IMG/VR virus record: IMGVR_UViG_3300007513_002727
Coordinates: 1 to 64,000 of that record
Origin: a virus
Length of the DNA stretch: 64,000 nucleotides
Reading direction: 5' to 3' (one strand)
Shown here: positions 1 to 10,005 of the stretch, piece after piece
Numbering within the stretch: position 1 is the first letter of the stretch
How the letters are laid out: every line of letters begins with the position of its first letter
Notes under the pieces: model-generated
The model's database searches: none
Told to the model about the DNA's origin: nothing
The model's input: only the letters and a program-made list of their open reading frames with translations
Made by a program: the position numbers and the translations under genes

Positions 1-3
1 GTT

Positions 4-76
4 GGCGGTAGAGCTCGGGTAGATGAGCATCAGAATCATAAGCTGAATGCCGTAGGTGCAATTCCTGCTACCGCTA
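4..76 (+). tRNA. tRNA with CAT anticodon (Met or Ile2), non-canonical
   Basis: Acceptor GGCGGTA/TACCGCT, D stem GCTC/GAGC, anticodon stem TCAG/CTGA plus an A.G mismatch, loop ATCATAA (CAT at 37-39), T arm GTAGG-TGCAATT-CCTGC. No encoded CCA. Confidence 0.75.
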
Positions 77-127
77 CTCAAGACAATAGGCCCTATGCTT
101 TTAACACTTGGGCCTACTGATTGACAG

Positions 128-592
128 TTATACGATATTCAATAACTGTGATTCTGGTCTGCTAGGGTCTTGATATCTCATAACCTTTGCGTCAAAGTCA
201 CCTTGCTCGTACATCATTTCTTTGATGTCAATAGCATTTCTTATTGACTTTGTAGGTATGAAACTATGAACCCAAATCAAACCTTTTTGATCTCTAATTA
301 GATCTATTATACCGTCATCATAACCGTTCTTGTTCTTCTCTTTTTTGGCTATAATATGGCTAACATCTCCACCTAGATCTCTTACCTTTTTAAGGTCCTT
401 GTAGTTTGCCATTCCATAAGCATTTGGATTGGCACTTGCTCTACCCCATGCTAAAATGGGATCTTTAGGATTCCCATAAGCATAAACAATTAGACCTGTC
501 TTAGATCCATCTGCTTCTTTAGGTAGATTATCTTCATAAGATTTTCTTATAAATCCTTCTACAAGTGTTTCGCATAAATTGGATGTGTGCAT
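128..592 (-). CDS. hypothetical phage protein
   Basis: 154-aa ORF with AAGGAG SD and an early promoter at 649-676. Confidence 0.75.
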   Translation of the reverse strand: MHTSNLCETLVEGFIRKSYEDNLPKEADGSKTGLIVYAYGNPKDPILAWGRASANPNAYGMANYKDLKKVRDLGGDVSHIIAKKEKNKNGYDDGIIDLIRDQKGLIWVHSFIPTKSIRNAIDIKEMMYEQGDFDAKVMRYQDPSRPESQLLNIV

Positions 593-648
593 AATATTCT
601 CCTTTCTGACATTTTTTAAAAAAATATCAAAATTGTTTTTATAGTCTT

Positions 649-676
649 ATTATAACATATCCTGGAGATCTGTCAA
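649..676 (-). promoter_or_regulatory. sigma70-type early promoter
   Basis: TTGACA-16-TATAAT with TGn extension on the minus strand. Confidence 0.8.
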
Positions 677-1070
677 TCTTGGTAATCTGGGGTTTTTTGG
701 GGTTATTTCTTGAAATTCTCTAATAATTTGAATACAATTACCAATGGTAGGAGTAAGGTCCAAGCAAGGATTATCCATACTTCATCTAGGGTCTTAAGTG
801 GCTGGGCTCTACGGTTACTCAACGAGCCCACCACTATTCTCTGGTTGGAGGGAGGTCCGACTTGAGAATTCTGTTTACCAACCACTTGGTCTTCCTATCA
901 GTAATACTAATAATGTGAAACAGGTTGCGAATACAATTATATCAATTATCATTTGTACTTCTTTTTATTGAGTCTAACTAATGCTTCTAATTTACGATCA
1001 ATCTTACGGAAGCCATAATATAGCAATATAAAGAAACCTACCACCAATAGTCCTAAAATAGTCTTTGTCA

Positions 1071-1718
1071 TTATGGCAACTCTCTTTCTTTAATTGTTCT
1101 TAGAATGATTTTAGCATAATCTGGATTGGTACTCCAGGCGTCTAATAATGATAATAACTTATTATAATCCCAAGTGCCCTTCTTAAGCTGAATCTTTCTC
1201 TCTACTCTAAATTCTGTATAGGCTTGGTGGCTGTTAAGGATTCTTATCATATCTTTTACACTATCGCATTTCGTAGCATATTTCTTAAGGCCAAACTTCG
1301 CATCTGGTACATCCTTAGGCTTCATATGGTCTGACTCCAAGTCCCAAGTCCGTATGCCAAATAAATTATTGCCTTCTTTTGAGAAACGAGATGTTCCCCA
1401 TGCTGATTCTATACCTGCCATGGCAATTATGATAGATGTTGGTACTCTACTATGCCTATCCGTAGTGAAGTTCAGATATTCAACACATTTACCTGTCGCA
1501 TTAATGAATGAGTTGGCATTGTTGAACATAAACTCTGGTTGGACTAATCCTAACTCTAGGATCTGCTCTAAATCCTTTTTATGGAATGTTTCTTCTAATT
1601 TTTCTACCGTTTGTTTATTGGGATTACTCGTACCATACCAATATGATGCTCCTACCATGCCCATTATGATAAAGGCATATAATAACCCTAGATATAAATT
1701 TGTTAGTCCTTTTTTCAT
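1071..1718 (-). CDS. membrane-anchored glucosaminidase (GH73/Bax-like peptidoglycan hydrolase)
   Basis: N-terminal TM helix; motif AMAGIESAWGTSRFSKEGNNLFGI and W/YSTNPDYA. Confidence 0.85.
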   Translation of the reverse strand: MKKGLTNLYLGLLYAFIIMGMVGASYWYGTSNPNKQTVEKLEETFHKKDLEQILELGLVQPEFMFNNANSFINATGKCVEYLNFTTDRHSRVPTSIIIAMAGIESAWGTSRFSKEGNNLFGIRTWDLESDHMKPKDVPDAKFGLKKYATKCDSVKDMIRILNSHQAYTEFRVERKIQLKKGTWDYNKLLSLLDAWSTNPDYAKIILRTIKERELP

Positions 1719-1719
1719 T

Positions 1720-1911
1720 TTAACTCATTACCCTTTCCAGTCTGCTTAACCTATTTCTTTCACAATTTTTTAGGCCTCGTTTAATACTTTTTAATCGTTT
1801 ATATTCTGCTTCATTCTCTTCAACTGATCGTTTGGCTAACTTGTCCATTCGCAAGTCATGTCTATTCATATTAGAATACATATTCTCTCGCATCTTACCT
1901 AATCTACTCAT
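1720..1911 (-). CDS. hypothetical protein
   Basis: 63-aa ORF tightly packed in the minus-strand operon. Confidence 0.6.
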   Translation of the reverse strand: MSRLGKMRENMYSNMNRHDLRMDKLAKRSVEENEAEYKRLKSIKRGLKNCERNRLSRLERVMS

Positions 1912-3002
1912 TACAGTTTCGCTCCTGTTCTTAAGTCGTACATTTCTCTCTCAGGCTTCATGCAGGTCTGTTCTGCCAATAATTTCCATTTATCCGGAGC
2001 CATTTTCCATAAGTCTGCAATCTTTAAAACCATTCTCAAAGATATCTCTCTTAATTTGTGCTTATTGTCATATATGAATTGGATAAGCTCTTCTTCCTTT
2101 TCTTTTCCCATAGCATATTTTTCAAGCATACCTATTCCACATATTTGTCTAATTCGTAGCATTCTATCTCTCATACTATCAATCGTTAGGTCTAGATAGT
2201 GACATCTACTTTGTAATGCCGCTAGATGATCTTGTAATTTTTTAGATTTAACATTGTCAAACTTGATATTGGTAATGAAGATAACACCACCATTGAATTC
2301 AAAAGAGTTAGGCATTCCTTCTGCCATTAATGTTCTTGATTCTGTATTCCAGTGAAGTGATCTTTTAGGAGTAGTATCTAAGGCCGCTTTCAAAAGATTA
2401 AGTGCTAGGTCATCATATAAAATTGCATCACAGTCATCAAAGCAACATACACAACCTTTGTCTTTATATTCATATAATTTCTTATATAAACCTATCGCTG
2501 ACATCGCACCTTTAACCATTTCAAACTTTCTTTTTTCTCCTGCAATATCTGTGAACATATTCTGCTTCTCTAAAGCCTTTTCAACACCATAAGACTTACC
2601 AATCCCTGGAGGTCCACTTACTATCATTGCTCTAACTTTACTTGTCGCAACTGCATCAGCCATCTCATCCAGTATCGCAAATCTTGCTCCAATTCTTTCT
2701 ATCGCTTGAGCATCTGTTTCTTTAGGCTTATTAGAACCTACAGGCTTATATTTCTTTTTTAATTCATCTCTATGAGTAATATATTGTCCTTCCGGAACTA
2801 TCGTTAGGCTACTGATTCCAGGTACATTAATTCGTACCTTTTCCTTCTCGGTAAATCCTGAGAATTCTGTGACATCAACTGTGACAAATCCACCTTCTTT
2901 GCCACTTGTAAATTTTTGGTAATCTTTAAGAATAGGAAATACTCGTCCAGACATATCTTGGCTTCTGTACGAGCCTTCTTCAATTTTGATGTATTTTTTC
3001 AA
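1911..3002 (-). CDS. AAA+ P-loop ATPase
   Basis: Walker A GPPGIGKS, Walker B CFDDCD, sensor FITN, SRC arginine finger; TTG start with GGGAGG SD. Confidence 0.85.
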   Translation of the reverse strand: MKKYIKIEEGSYRSQDMSGRVFPILKDYQKFTSGKEGGFVTVDVTEFSGFTEKEKVRINVPGISSLTIVPEGQYITHRDELKKKYKPVGSNKPKETDAQAIERIGARFAILDEMADAVATSKVRAMIVSGPPGIGKSYGVEKALEKQNMFTDIAGEKRKFEMVKGAMSAIGLYKKLYEYKDKGCVCCFDDCDAILYDDLALNLLKAALDTTPKRSLHWNTESRTLMAEGMPNSFEFNGGVIFITNIKFDNVKSKKLQDHLAALQSRCHYLDLTIDSMRDRMLRIRQICGIGMLEKYAMGKEKEEELIQFIYDNKHKLREISLRMVLKIADLWKMAPDKWKLLAEQTCMKPEREMYDLRTGAKL

Positions 3003-3028
3003 TTATTTTCCTCCCTTAAACATAGTTC

Positions 3029-3056
3029 ATTATAACACAGATTGGCTATATGTCAA
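3029..3056 (-). promoter_or_regulatory. sigma70-type early promoter
   Basis: TTGACA-16-TATAAT with TGn. Confidence 0.8.
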
Positions 3057-3114
3057 CTGATCTGCGTCATTTTGGTAATTTGATTTTTTGGTAATTTGAA
3101 TAAATATGTATAGA

Positions 3115-3426
3115 ATGAAAAGCATATTTTTAACAATTATATTTCTAATGTTTTTAGGTTGTGCTTCGCAAGAAGCATCGGCTATTGAGCTAGATTTTAA
3201 ATCTGGAACTGACAGTATTGATACAAGTGTACCTTTAGGTGATAATGGTAAATGTGTAGATGAACTTAAAGAATACGATCGTCTATTAGGTATCACATCT
3301 GCTAGTGATGAAGATAAGGCATCTGCTTTATCAAAAAGAGATTTGGCTATATCAAAAAGAATGACTGGTAGACTTGAAGACTGCGAAACATTAATGCAAG
3401 AAGCGATCAATCTCATACCTGAATAA
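3115..3426 (+). CDS. putative lipoprotein or secreted protein
   Basis: Signal peptide with FLGC lipobox-like motif; TAAATA at 3101 upstream; lone plus-strand gene in the early region. Confidence 0.65.
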   Translation: MKSIFLTIIFLMFLGCASQEASAIELDFKSGTDSIDTSVPLGDNGKCVDELKEYDRLLGITSASDEDKASALSKRDLAISKRMTGRLEDCETLMQEAINLIPE

Positions 3427-3446
3427 TTAATTTCCTTTCTATTTTA

Positions 3447-3495
3447 ATGAACAGGCGAGTGAGTTGAAATGTTTTGAAAGGTCTCGCCTGTTCAT
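3447..3495. terminator. 13-bp inverted repeat between convergent genes
   Basis: ATGAACAGGCGAG...CTCGCCTGTTCAT with a 23-nt loop. Confidence 0.6.
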
Positions 3496-3503
3496 ATTCA
3501 CAT

Positions 3504-3782
3504 CTAATTAGATGAGAATTTTGATATCAGATTATACCATTGAACTTTTACCTTTGCCCAATTGGCTTTCTGAAATTCTTTAGTTTTTTCAACTTCTATG
3601 TTGAATTGGTTGCCTACCTTCCCTGGAACCAGGCTAACCTTTGTTAATAATTGGGTGACATCTTTCTTAACTAATACAGCCGATTCATTAACTTGATTTT
3701 GAATCGTATCTGCATTGGCAATTGCCTGAACCCAAATATACATCACAAAGAATAAAACTATACTCTTGATATGTTTTTTCAT
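3504..3782 (-). CDS. hypothetical secreted protein
   Basis: Signal peptide ending ANA. Confidence 0.7.
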   Translation of the reverse strand: MKKHIKSIVLFFVMYIWVQAIANADTIQNQVNESAVLVKKDVTQLLTKVSLVPGKVGNQFNIEVEKTKEFQKANWAKVKVQWYNLISKFSSN

Positions 3783-4117
3783 TGTCCCTCTATTGAAGCC
3801 GTTTGATTTTCAACAACTCTTAGGCCGGCTTCAGTTAATGCCCTTTGAATTGCTATTCGTTTACCGAATTCTGTATTTCCTTCTTCTGGTGTGTATCTAT
3901 AAGTCCAATCTGGAGAACCATCTCCATTTGTATGACCTCTAGGATACTTCTTACCATTAATTCTTATTAACCAACCTGCGACATTTACTACATCCATTTC
4001 ATCTGAATCTTTATGTCTTCTTTCATAGTAATCATCGTTAGTCCATTGAGCTTGTATCTTTAAAGGTAATCCGTTATCTGCTATTAATTTCATTCTTTCA
4101 CTTCCAACTCTTCCCAA
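3779..4117 (-). CDS. hypothetical protein
   Basis: ORF in the packed minus-strand operon; start uncertain. Confidence 0.65.
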   Translation of the reverse strand: MGRVGSERMKLIADNGLPLKIQAQWTNDDYYERRHKDSDEMDVVNVAGWLIRINGKKYPRGHTNGDGSPDWTYRYTPEEGNTEFGKRIAIQRALTEAGLRVVENQTASIEGQ

Positions 4118-4284
4118 TCTGCTTCTTCTGTTGAGTCTTGTTTTTTCTTATATTTTTTTAAGGCAGATGTGTCTCCACTACCGATTGCCTTAAAGAATTC
4201 ACTCATTGCTGACCCTTTTTCCTTCACCGTCTGACATCCGGACAGCATTATCACAGCAACTATCAATCCAAGGTATCTAATCAT
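4090..4284 (-). CDS. small lipoprotein
   Basis: Start revised to MIRYLGLIVAVIMLSGC (LSGC lipobox). Confidence 0.65.
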   Translation of the reverse strand: MIRYLGLIVAVIMLSGCQTVKEKGSAMSEFFKAIGSGDTSALKKYKKKQDSTEEADWEELEVKE

Positions 4285-4604
4285 GATATCTATCCGTAAA
4301 GTTTTTAGGCAAACCATTTGGGTCATACTGCTCATCCTTCTTACAATTATCACAAGTAATAACCATTCTAGGTTCATCACCAATCAATAAACTACCACAA
4401 GTATCACATTCCAAAGTGGCTTTATTTTCATAAAAGTCTTTAGTCCAATCGTCCATTATTTCTTTTCCTTCATTGCTATTACTTCATCAATATCATCACA
4501 AAGTTCTGGAAGATGTGTTTCAATCTTTTCAATAATTGTTTCTTTGTAAGCCTTTAATTCTTCTACTGACATATCCATTAAATCTTGTTCTCTTCCACCA
4601 GTCA

Positions 4605-4940
4605 TTATACCTTCTCCTTTAATGTATGAATTGGATCATCTTCATATGGTTCCCAATGAAGTTCATTAGTTTCTTCTAAATCATACCATTGATCTTCTAT
4701 TGCTTTATATTCTTCTATCAATTCTGATGGCTCCATATTATGAAAACCTTTAAAGCCACCCTCTAAAATATATGTTAGAGTATCATAATCACCACACTTG
4801 TAATCATAATAGATGCCGTGAATCTCAACTTGTAGACATCTTTCAGCCATTACATATGGAGTTAGTTTCATCGCTCTCTCGTCTTCATATAAATGATCTT
4901 CGTGTCTATCAAATATAATTTCTTTTAATCTAGTTCCCAT
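4605..4940 (-). CDS. hypothetical acidic protein
   Basis: AGGAG SD before MGTRLK. Confidence 0.7.
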   Translation of the reverse strand: MGTRLKEIIFDRHEDHLYEDERAMKLTPYVMAERCLQVEIHGIYYDYKCGDYDTLTYILEGGFKGFHNMEPSELIEEYKAIEDQWYDLEETNELHWEPYEDDPIHTLKEKV

Positions 4941-5389
4941 TATATCTCCTTGAAAATACCTTTCCATGGTCTTGCATCTGATCCTATTTGAAAAGGGTTT
5001 CTTTTTGTAGTAGATCCTTTTTTTCGTCCACCTTTGTTTCTATGAATTCTTCTAGGTTTTCTATTTGTAGTCATATTCTTTTTAGATGTCATTGGTCTTC
5101 ACCTTCTTCATCTTCTTCAAAAAGTTCTTCTAATTCTTTTAGAACTTTTGGATCTTCTAATTTGTCCCAATTGATTGTTTTATTAAAGCCAAAGGGATCA
5201 TTACTTGTTTTCATCTTTTTCATATTATATTCAACAAACCTAAAATGAATGGAACATAACAAAAAATCGCTATCGTTCCAGTTATCTTAGAATAAAATAA
5301 TACCCTTTTATTATCCAAAGCCGTACCAACTCCTAACAAACATACCGTTAGAACATAAAATATGGCGAAACCTGGTATTATATATTGCA

Positions 5390-5599
5390 TCATTGGTTTT
5401 CCTCCTCTTCATCTTCATCTTCATCTTCATCTTCTTCATCTTCTTCATTTAAAAAGAATTCATTACAATGTGCCATATCTGCCACATCATCTTCTGACAT
5501 ATATTTTAGACAAGCCATTATAACCATATCTTTATCTAAGATACCATCATCAACCATCTCTAAAATCTTGTTCGTTGCTTCTCTAACATTAACTGACAT
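5390..5599 (-). CDS. small highly acidic protein
   Basis: 69 aa with a poly-D/E tail encoded by GAAGAT repeats. Confidence 0.75.
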   Translation of the reverse strand: MSVNVREATNKILEMVDDGILDKDMVIMACLKYMSEDDVADMAHCNEFFLNEEDEEDEDEDEDEEEENQ

Positions 5600-6063
5600 T
5601 AAAATGGTATCTCACTTTCTTTCGTTTTAATTTTTTCATCAGATGTTTCTAATTCTTCTTTTTTCCATCTATAAGAATCAGTAGTCCAATCTGGATCTTC
5701 ATAATTTTCATAATGAATATCTTTGTCGCTATCCCAATCTTCATATGGTACACATTCTTCTATCTTTTGAACTCTAGGTTCTCTACCATATTTCTCATAA
5801 TCTATTTCTGCTTGTTGGTCCCAATTATGGTCATAGTATTTCATTTCAACTGGCTCATCACCATAGTATCCATCTTGCCATTCAATCTTTTCAATGCCAC
5901 CGTGTTCTTGTACGGCATCTTCCGCTTCTTCTTTTGAATTGGCAACCACTTCATAATCAACTTCTACATTGTAGAACTTTTTAACCTTAAATTTCTGCTT
6001 ACCGATATCCTGGTGTGGATTATCTTTTTTATATGTTCCGTTTATTATTTCTATTTTTTGCAT
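5599..6063 (-). CDS. hypothetical acidic early protein
   Basis: First gene after the promoter at 6088-6115. Confidence 0.75.
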   Translation of the reverse strand: MQKIEIINGTYKKDNPHQDIGKQKFKVKKFYNVEVDYEVVANSKEEAEDAVQEHGGIEKIEWQDGYYGDEPVEMKYYDHNWDQQAEIDYEKYGREPRVQKIEECVPYEDWDSDKDIHYENYEDPDWTTDSYRWKKEELETSDEKIKTKESEIPF

Positions 6064-6087
6064 TTCAACTTTCTCCTTTATTACTTA

Positions 6088-6115
6088 ATTTTAACATGGT
6101 TTGGTAATCTGTCAA
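6088..6115 (-). promoter_or_regulatory. sigma70-type early promoter
   Basis: TTGACA-16-TAAAAT with TGn. Confidence 0.75.
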
Positions 6116-6341
6116 CCGACTACTAATATGGCCATCCCATCATAATATGTATAGTATCTGTCGCCCATAATAGATAGACCGTACATATTATGAATAGAAC
6201 TGCCTTAAGCCCATAATCAATATATTTGTTCATTATTTTGAACTCCAATGGTCATCATAAAGTGTTTTAATCTTGCCGTCTGCTATATAATAGCCAGTCA
6301 CTTGTTTCTTCTTCTTTTTGCCTTTTACTTTTCTTGGCTTT

Positions 6342-6752
6342 TTAGTTTTTTTTGGTTTCACCATACATCCCCCTAGGACTAGGACTTGCATCTGGTCCTA
6401 GTAATTTCACCTGTTCAGCTCTAAATTTCAAAATATGACTTTCCCAATCATAAGTCCAATGTGGATTATCTCCTATTGGACAAGGTATCCATCCATCCTT
6501 TGCTGATTGTATTACTCTTCTTTCAAATGCTCCTTCGCCATTTATGCTATCCAACAATTCATTTTGATGACATAGATATAAATGAACATTCCAATTAAAG
6601 TCTGTTTCAACTTTACCTGTTCCATTTTGTCCTTTAATTAAATCATAATAGATTTTAGTATCTGGATCACCATTCCATTCTGCTTTGGCTGTATTACTAT
6701 AGACCATCATTGCTATAAATGTCACCGCCAATAGCCATTTTGTTTTATTCAT
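6342..6752 (-). CDS. hypothetical secreted protein
   Basis: Signal peptide ending AKA. Confidence 0.7.
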   Translation of the reverse strand: MNKTKWLLAVTFIAMMVYSNTAKAEWNGDPDTKIYYDLIKGQNGTGKVETDFNWNVHLYLCHQNELLDSINGEGAFERRVIQSAKDGWIPCPIGDNPHWTYDWESHILKFRAEQVKLLGPDASPSPRGMYGETKKN

Positions 6753-6890
6753 CTTTCTTTTTTCCTATTCTCTTCGCATATCCAATTATTAATTGGACGA
6801 AGTCTTCTAACTTGCCATCGTTTTTCATTAACAAGTAAATTCCATATCCTAACAAAGGTGGCATCACGAATAAAATAAAGGCGTCCATCA

Positions 6891-7043
6891 TTACTTACTA
6901 ACCACCTCTTTGATATATTTTCTACTCGCTTTTTTATATTTTTTGATTATTTTTTGACAATCTCTAATCAACACTAAAGAATAGATTGATGAGAACATAA
7001 TAACCAATAACATCACAAATGAAATTATTAATTCTTTTTCCAT
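6891..7043 (-). CDS. small membrane protein
   Basis: GGAGG SD before MEKELII; one TM segment. Confidence 0.55.
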   Translation of the reverse strand: MEKELIISFVMLLVIMFSSIYSLVLIRDCQKIIKKYKKASRKYIKEVVSK

Positions 7044-7225
7044 TAGTTTTCCTCCGCTTGTTTCATTATTGTTAAAATTCCAAAAAATAATCCTATGGCT
7101 GTGAATACTACAAAACCAATCCAATTATCGTTTATTGGAATTCCATGATGTCCACCTTCTATACAACCTACGGCAAATATCATTGATACAAAGAATATAA
7201 TTGGATAAATTATTTTCATTACCAT
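7043..7225 (-). CDS. small two-TM membrane protein
   Basis: Two hydrophobic segments; GGGAG SD. Confidence 0.6.
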   Translation of the reverse strand: MVMKIIYPIIFFVSMIFAVGCIEGGHHGIPINDNWIGFVVFTAIGLFFGILTIMKQAEEN

Positions 7226-7434
7226 AATCTCCCTTTACCTATTGACATACTATTTTCATCTTCAATAGGTTTAGTTTCATAATCAATTATTGCCAATTTG
7301 GTTTCATAATCAATTAATTGATTAAGATTATCAATAGCATTATCTTTATTGCCATTTTCAATATCTTCTTTGATTGATGTTAGGATATCAACTTTATTTG
7401 TGAATCCATTTATTTCTAATATTGGTTTTGACAT
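7219..7434 (-). CDS. hypothetical protein
   Basis: 71 aa with an internal IDYETK duplication. Confidence 0.6.
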   Translation of the reverse strand: MSKPILEINGFTNKVDILTSIKEDIENGNKDNAIDNLNQLIDYETKLAIIDYETKPIEDENSMSIGKGRLW

Positions 7435-7757
7435 TACTTGCCTTCCTTTGATTCTGCTTCTAAATTTAAAGCAATATCAATATCTGATTCTTCTTCATCT
7501 GTGAAAACAGGTGCTTCTGCATCTGCTGGAACAAAGTCAAAAGCGAATTCATCTCCAACGGCATACATATTCACGCCACCTTCTGGATTGATATTCTCCT
7601 TATAAAATGTTCTGATTTCTTTATGAACAAAGTCACAATCACTTGGCTTATCTAATACCAAATACATTGTACCATTCGTCATTTGTATTCTTTGAACTAT
7701 GCCAGATAATTCTGCTCTAACAAAGCCTTCTAATTGTTTTTCTATATTTTTTTGCAT
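7434..7757 (-). CDS. hypothetical early protein
   Basis: GGAGTTGAA SD after the promoter at 7783-7810. Confidence 0.75.
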   Translation of the reverse strand: MQKNIEKQLEGFVRAELSGIVQRIQMTNGTMYLVLDKPSDCDFVHKEIRTFYKENINPEGGVNMYAVGDEFAFDFVPADAEAPVFTDEEESDIDIALNLEAESKEGK

Positions 7758-7782
7758 ATTATTTCAACTCCTTATATATTTC

Positions 7783-7810
7783 ATTATAACATGGATGGTA
7801 ATACGGTCAA
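7783..7810 (-). promoter_or_regulatory. sigma70-type early promoter
   Basis: TTGACC-16-TATAAT; nearly identical to the promoters at 13548 and 15070. Confidence 0.8.
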
Positions 7811-7844
7811 CCTCAAATAAGCCGCATAATCATTGACTTTTTGC

Positions 7845-8051
7845 CTAATTATAATGCCCAATTGTCAACTTTTTGATAGAATCTTCCACTTCAAGAAGTC
7901 TATCTTCAACATCAGCAATCTTTTCTGCATTTTTCTTATCAAAGTATTTGAAATATGAAAGGTGATCAAGCTCTTGCTCTAGCATAATCTTTTGGCCCTC
8001 CAATTCTCTTATTCTATCCTTTGTATCCTGCGTCATTAATTTAATAGTCAT
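7845..8051 (-). CDS. small coiled-coil protein
   Basis: Heptad-like 68-aa ORF. Confidence 0.6.
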   Translation of the reverse strand: MTIKLMTQDTKDRIRELEGQKIMLEQELDHLSYFKYFDKKNAEKIADVEDRLLEVEDSIKKLTIGHYN

Positions 8052-8301
8052 AATTTATCTCTTCTACTCCTTCCATCTCGTCCTCATCTTCCCATCCGTC
8101 GGAATCGTTGTCATAAATTTTTCCGCTTCTGGCTCCACATCTTGAACACTTATCTTCTTTTTCAGTCATTGGACCGTGTTCACAACTGTCACACCACCAG
8201 TCATCGGCATGGTTTTTTTCTTCTTCCAAGTCCACATCACTTAAAATCTTATCCCATTCGTCTATCATTACCACATCCTTTCTATCTTTGGTATATTCCA
8301 T
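8041..8301 (-). CDS. acidic zinc-ribbon protein
   Basis: CDSC...CSRC motifs. Confidence 0.65.
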   Translation of the reverse strand: MEYTKDRKDVVMIDEWDKILSDVDLEEEKNHADDWWCDSCEHGPMTEKEDKCSRCGARSGKIYDNDSDGWEDEDEMEGVEEINYDY

Positions 8302-8507
8302 AAAGCATAACCAAGTCTATCTTCGTTATCTACTAGGTATCTAACTGCTTCTGTCTGTTCATTTTCTATACTCAATCCTACAAAGTTATCTATGAACCCT
8401 ACTTCTTTATCTTTAAAGAACACTGAACCAGTCTCTGGCTTTTTAGGAATAGTCCAACCGTCTTTTCTTAATTCGTTTTCCTGTTTATCGTTTAACCAAA
8501 TATCCAT
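8268..8507 (-). CDS. hypothetical protein
   Basis: ORF coupled to the ligase stop codon. Confidence 0.6.
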   Translation of the reverse strand: MDIWLNDKQENELRKDGWTIPKKPETGSVFFKDKEVGFIDNFVGLSIENEQTEAVRYLVDNEDRLGYALWNIPKIERMW

Positions 8508-9796
8508 TATAATTTCTCTCCTTTTTCAAAACCTCTAAATCTTAAAAATCTAGGAAATCTTAAACTCCATTCATTTTTAGCATTTTGATTCTGTGTTATT
8601 GCATCTGCTCTAACTTCTACAACTTGCCCAACTAATTTCTTTCTGGCTGACCAATATGTTTCTCTATCTGTATCACTTAATCCAGACCCTACATTGGTTC
8701 TAATCCACTTGCCGTCGTCTTTACCTTCAACAATAAGTGCTCCAAGTTTATCTGCATTTCTTCCTGTGCCTTCTTCTACTCCTATAACTGTTAAAGATAC
8801 TTCTATAAATGGTTTAACCTTTAACCATAATGTAGATCTTTTACATTCATAAACACCATTGATTGGTTTAACCATTATACCTTCAAAGCCTTTATCAATA
8901 CACAATTTATTATAGTCTGCGAATTGCTTCTGTCCATCTTCATCACTTAAATTCATTTTCACATACTCAACCAAATTAATGTTTGGTCCATAATTGTAAT
9001 CTTCTAATAATTGTTTTCGTTTTGTAATTGATAAACCACATTCTCCTGCTTTAAAATCTTCTAATGGTAGACAATCAAACAGATTCAATACGGCATCGTC
9101 TGTCTTTGCTCCACCTTTTCTGTGTATCTCTCTCATCAATGTTTGGAAGTCATCACTCATTACTTCACCATCAAACACCATTGACTCAGACATTTGGTCT
9201 AACATTTCATCAAATTGTTGAAGTATTTTAGGAAAGTTTGACAATTCTTTACCGTTCCTACTGAACATTTTAACTTCATCTTTATCTACATCACATATAA
9301 CCACAACTCTAACGCCATCTAACTTTGGTTCTACCATTACATCACCAACCATTTTCTTTTCGTGTTTCGCTGAATCTGTGGCTAACATACATTCAAACAC
9401 AGGAACCTGCATTGTTGAAAACTTATTGATTGTCTTATGTGTGACTCCACATCTTAAATCTTTTATTAAAATTCTTCTATACCAATCGTTCCATTCTTCC
9501 ATTTTAGATCTATTACATAAATCTTCAATCTTATCTCTCATTGAATTACCTGTAAGCCATCTTTCTTCTAATTTTTTTAGAGTGTCTAAAAATTCTGCTT
9601 CAGGTATGCCAGGTCCATCTTTTTTAGCAACTGGAACCTTTTGAACTCCAAATGTTCTAAATCCATCTAACGCCACACACACACCATCAAAGAATCTTAT
9701 GTTATCTGCGTCGCTCTCTCGCTTAATAATGGCCTCTTTTTTCAATCGGCTGTTATCAGCTTCTAATTCTTGTATTATCTTCCAAGGTTTCATCAT
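8507..9796 (-). CDS. lig: ATP-dependent DNA ligase
   Basis: Motif I EPKLDGVR, FDGE, EGIMVK, WLKVK, VGSG, SLRFPRF. Confidence 0.95.
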   Translation of the reverse strand: MMKPWKIIQELEADNSRLKKEAIIKRESDADNIRFFDGVCVALDGFRTFGVQKVPVAKKDGPGIPEAEFLDTLKKLEERWLTGNSMRDKIEDLCNRSKMEEWNDWYRRILIKDLRCGVTHKTINKFSTMQVPVFECMLATDSAKHEKKMVGDVMVEPKLDGVRVVVICDVDKDEVKMFSRNGKELSNFPKILQQFDEMLDQMSESMVFDGEVMSDDFQTLMREIHRKGGAKTDDAVLNLFDCLPLEDFKAGECGLSITKRKQLLEDYNYGPNINLVEYVKMNLSDEDGQKQFADYNKLCIDKGFEGIMVKPINGVYECKRSTLWLKVKPFIEVSLTVIGVEEGTGRNADKLGALIVEGKDDGKWIRTNVGSGLSDTDRETYWSARKKLVGQVVEVRADAITQNQNAKNEWSLRFPRFLRFRGFEKGEKL

Positions 9797-10005
9797 ACTT
9801 CTACTATCTCCACTTCAGTTTCTTTTGGTTCCATTATTCTTTTAAAAAACTCCCAAAACCATTTTTCTGCTTCTTCATCTGTCATATTACAAATTTCTTC
9901 CTTTACAAAAGATTCACAATTTAATTTTGGTTCTTCTGCATTCGCAAGATTCCAAACAAATAGATAGATTATAAAAAATATTATTATTGGTTTTTTTAAT
10001 CGCAT
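9793..10005 (-). CDS. small secreted protein
   Basis: Signal peptide ending ANA. Confidence 0.55.
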   Translation of the reverse strand: MRLKKPIIIFFIIYLFVWNLANAEEPKLNCESFVKEEICNMTDEEAEKWFWEFFKRIMEPKETEVEIVEV

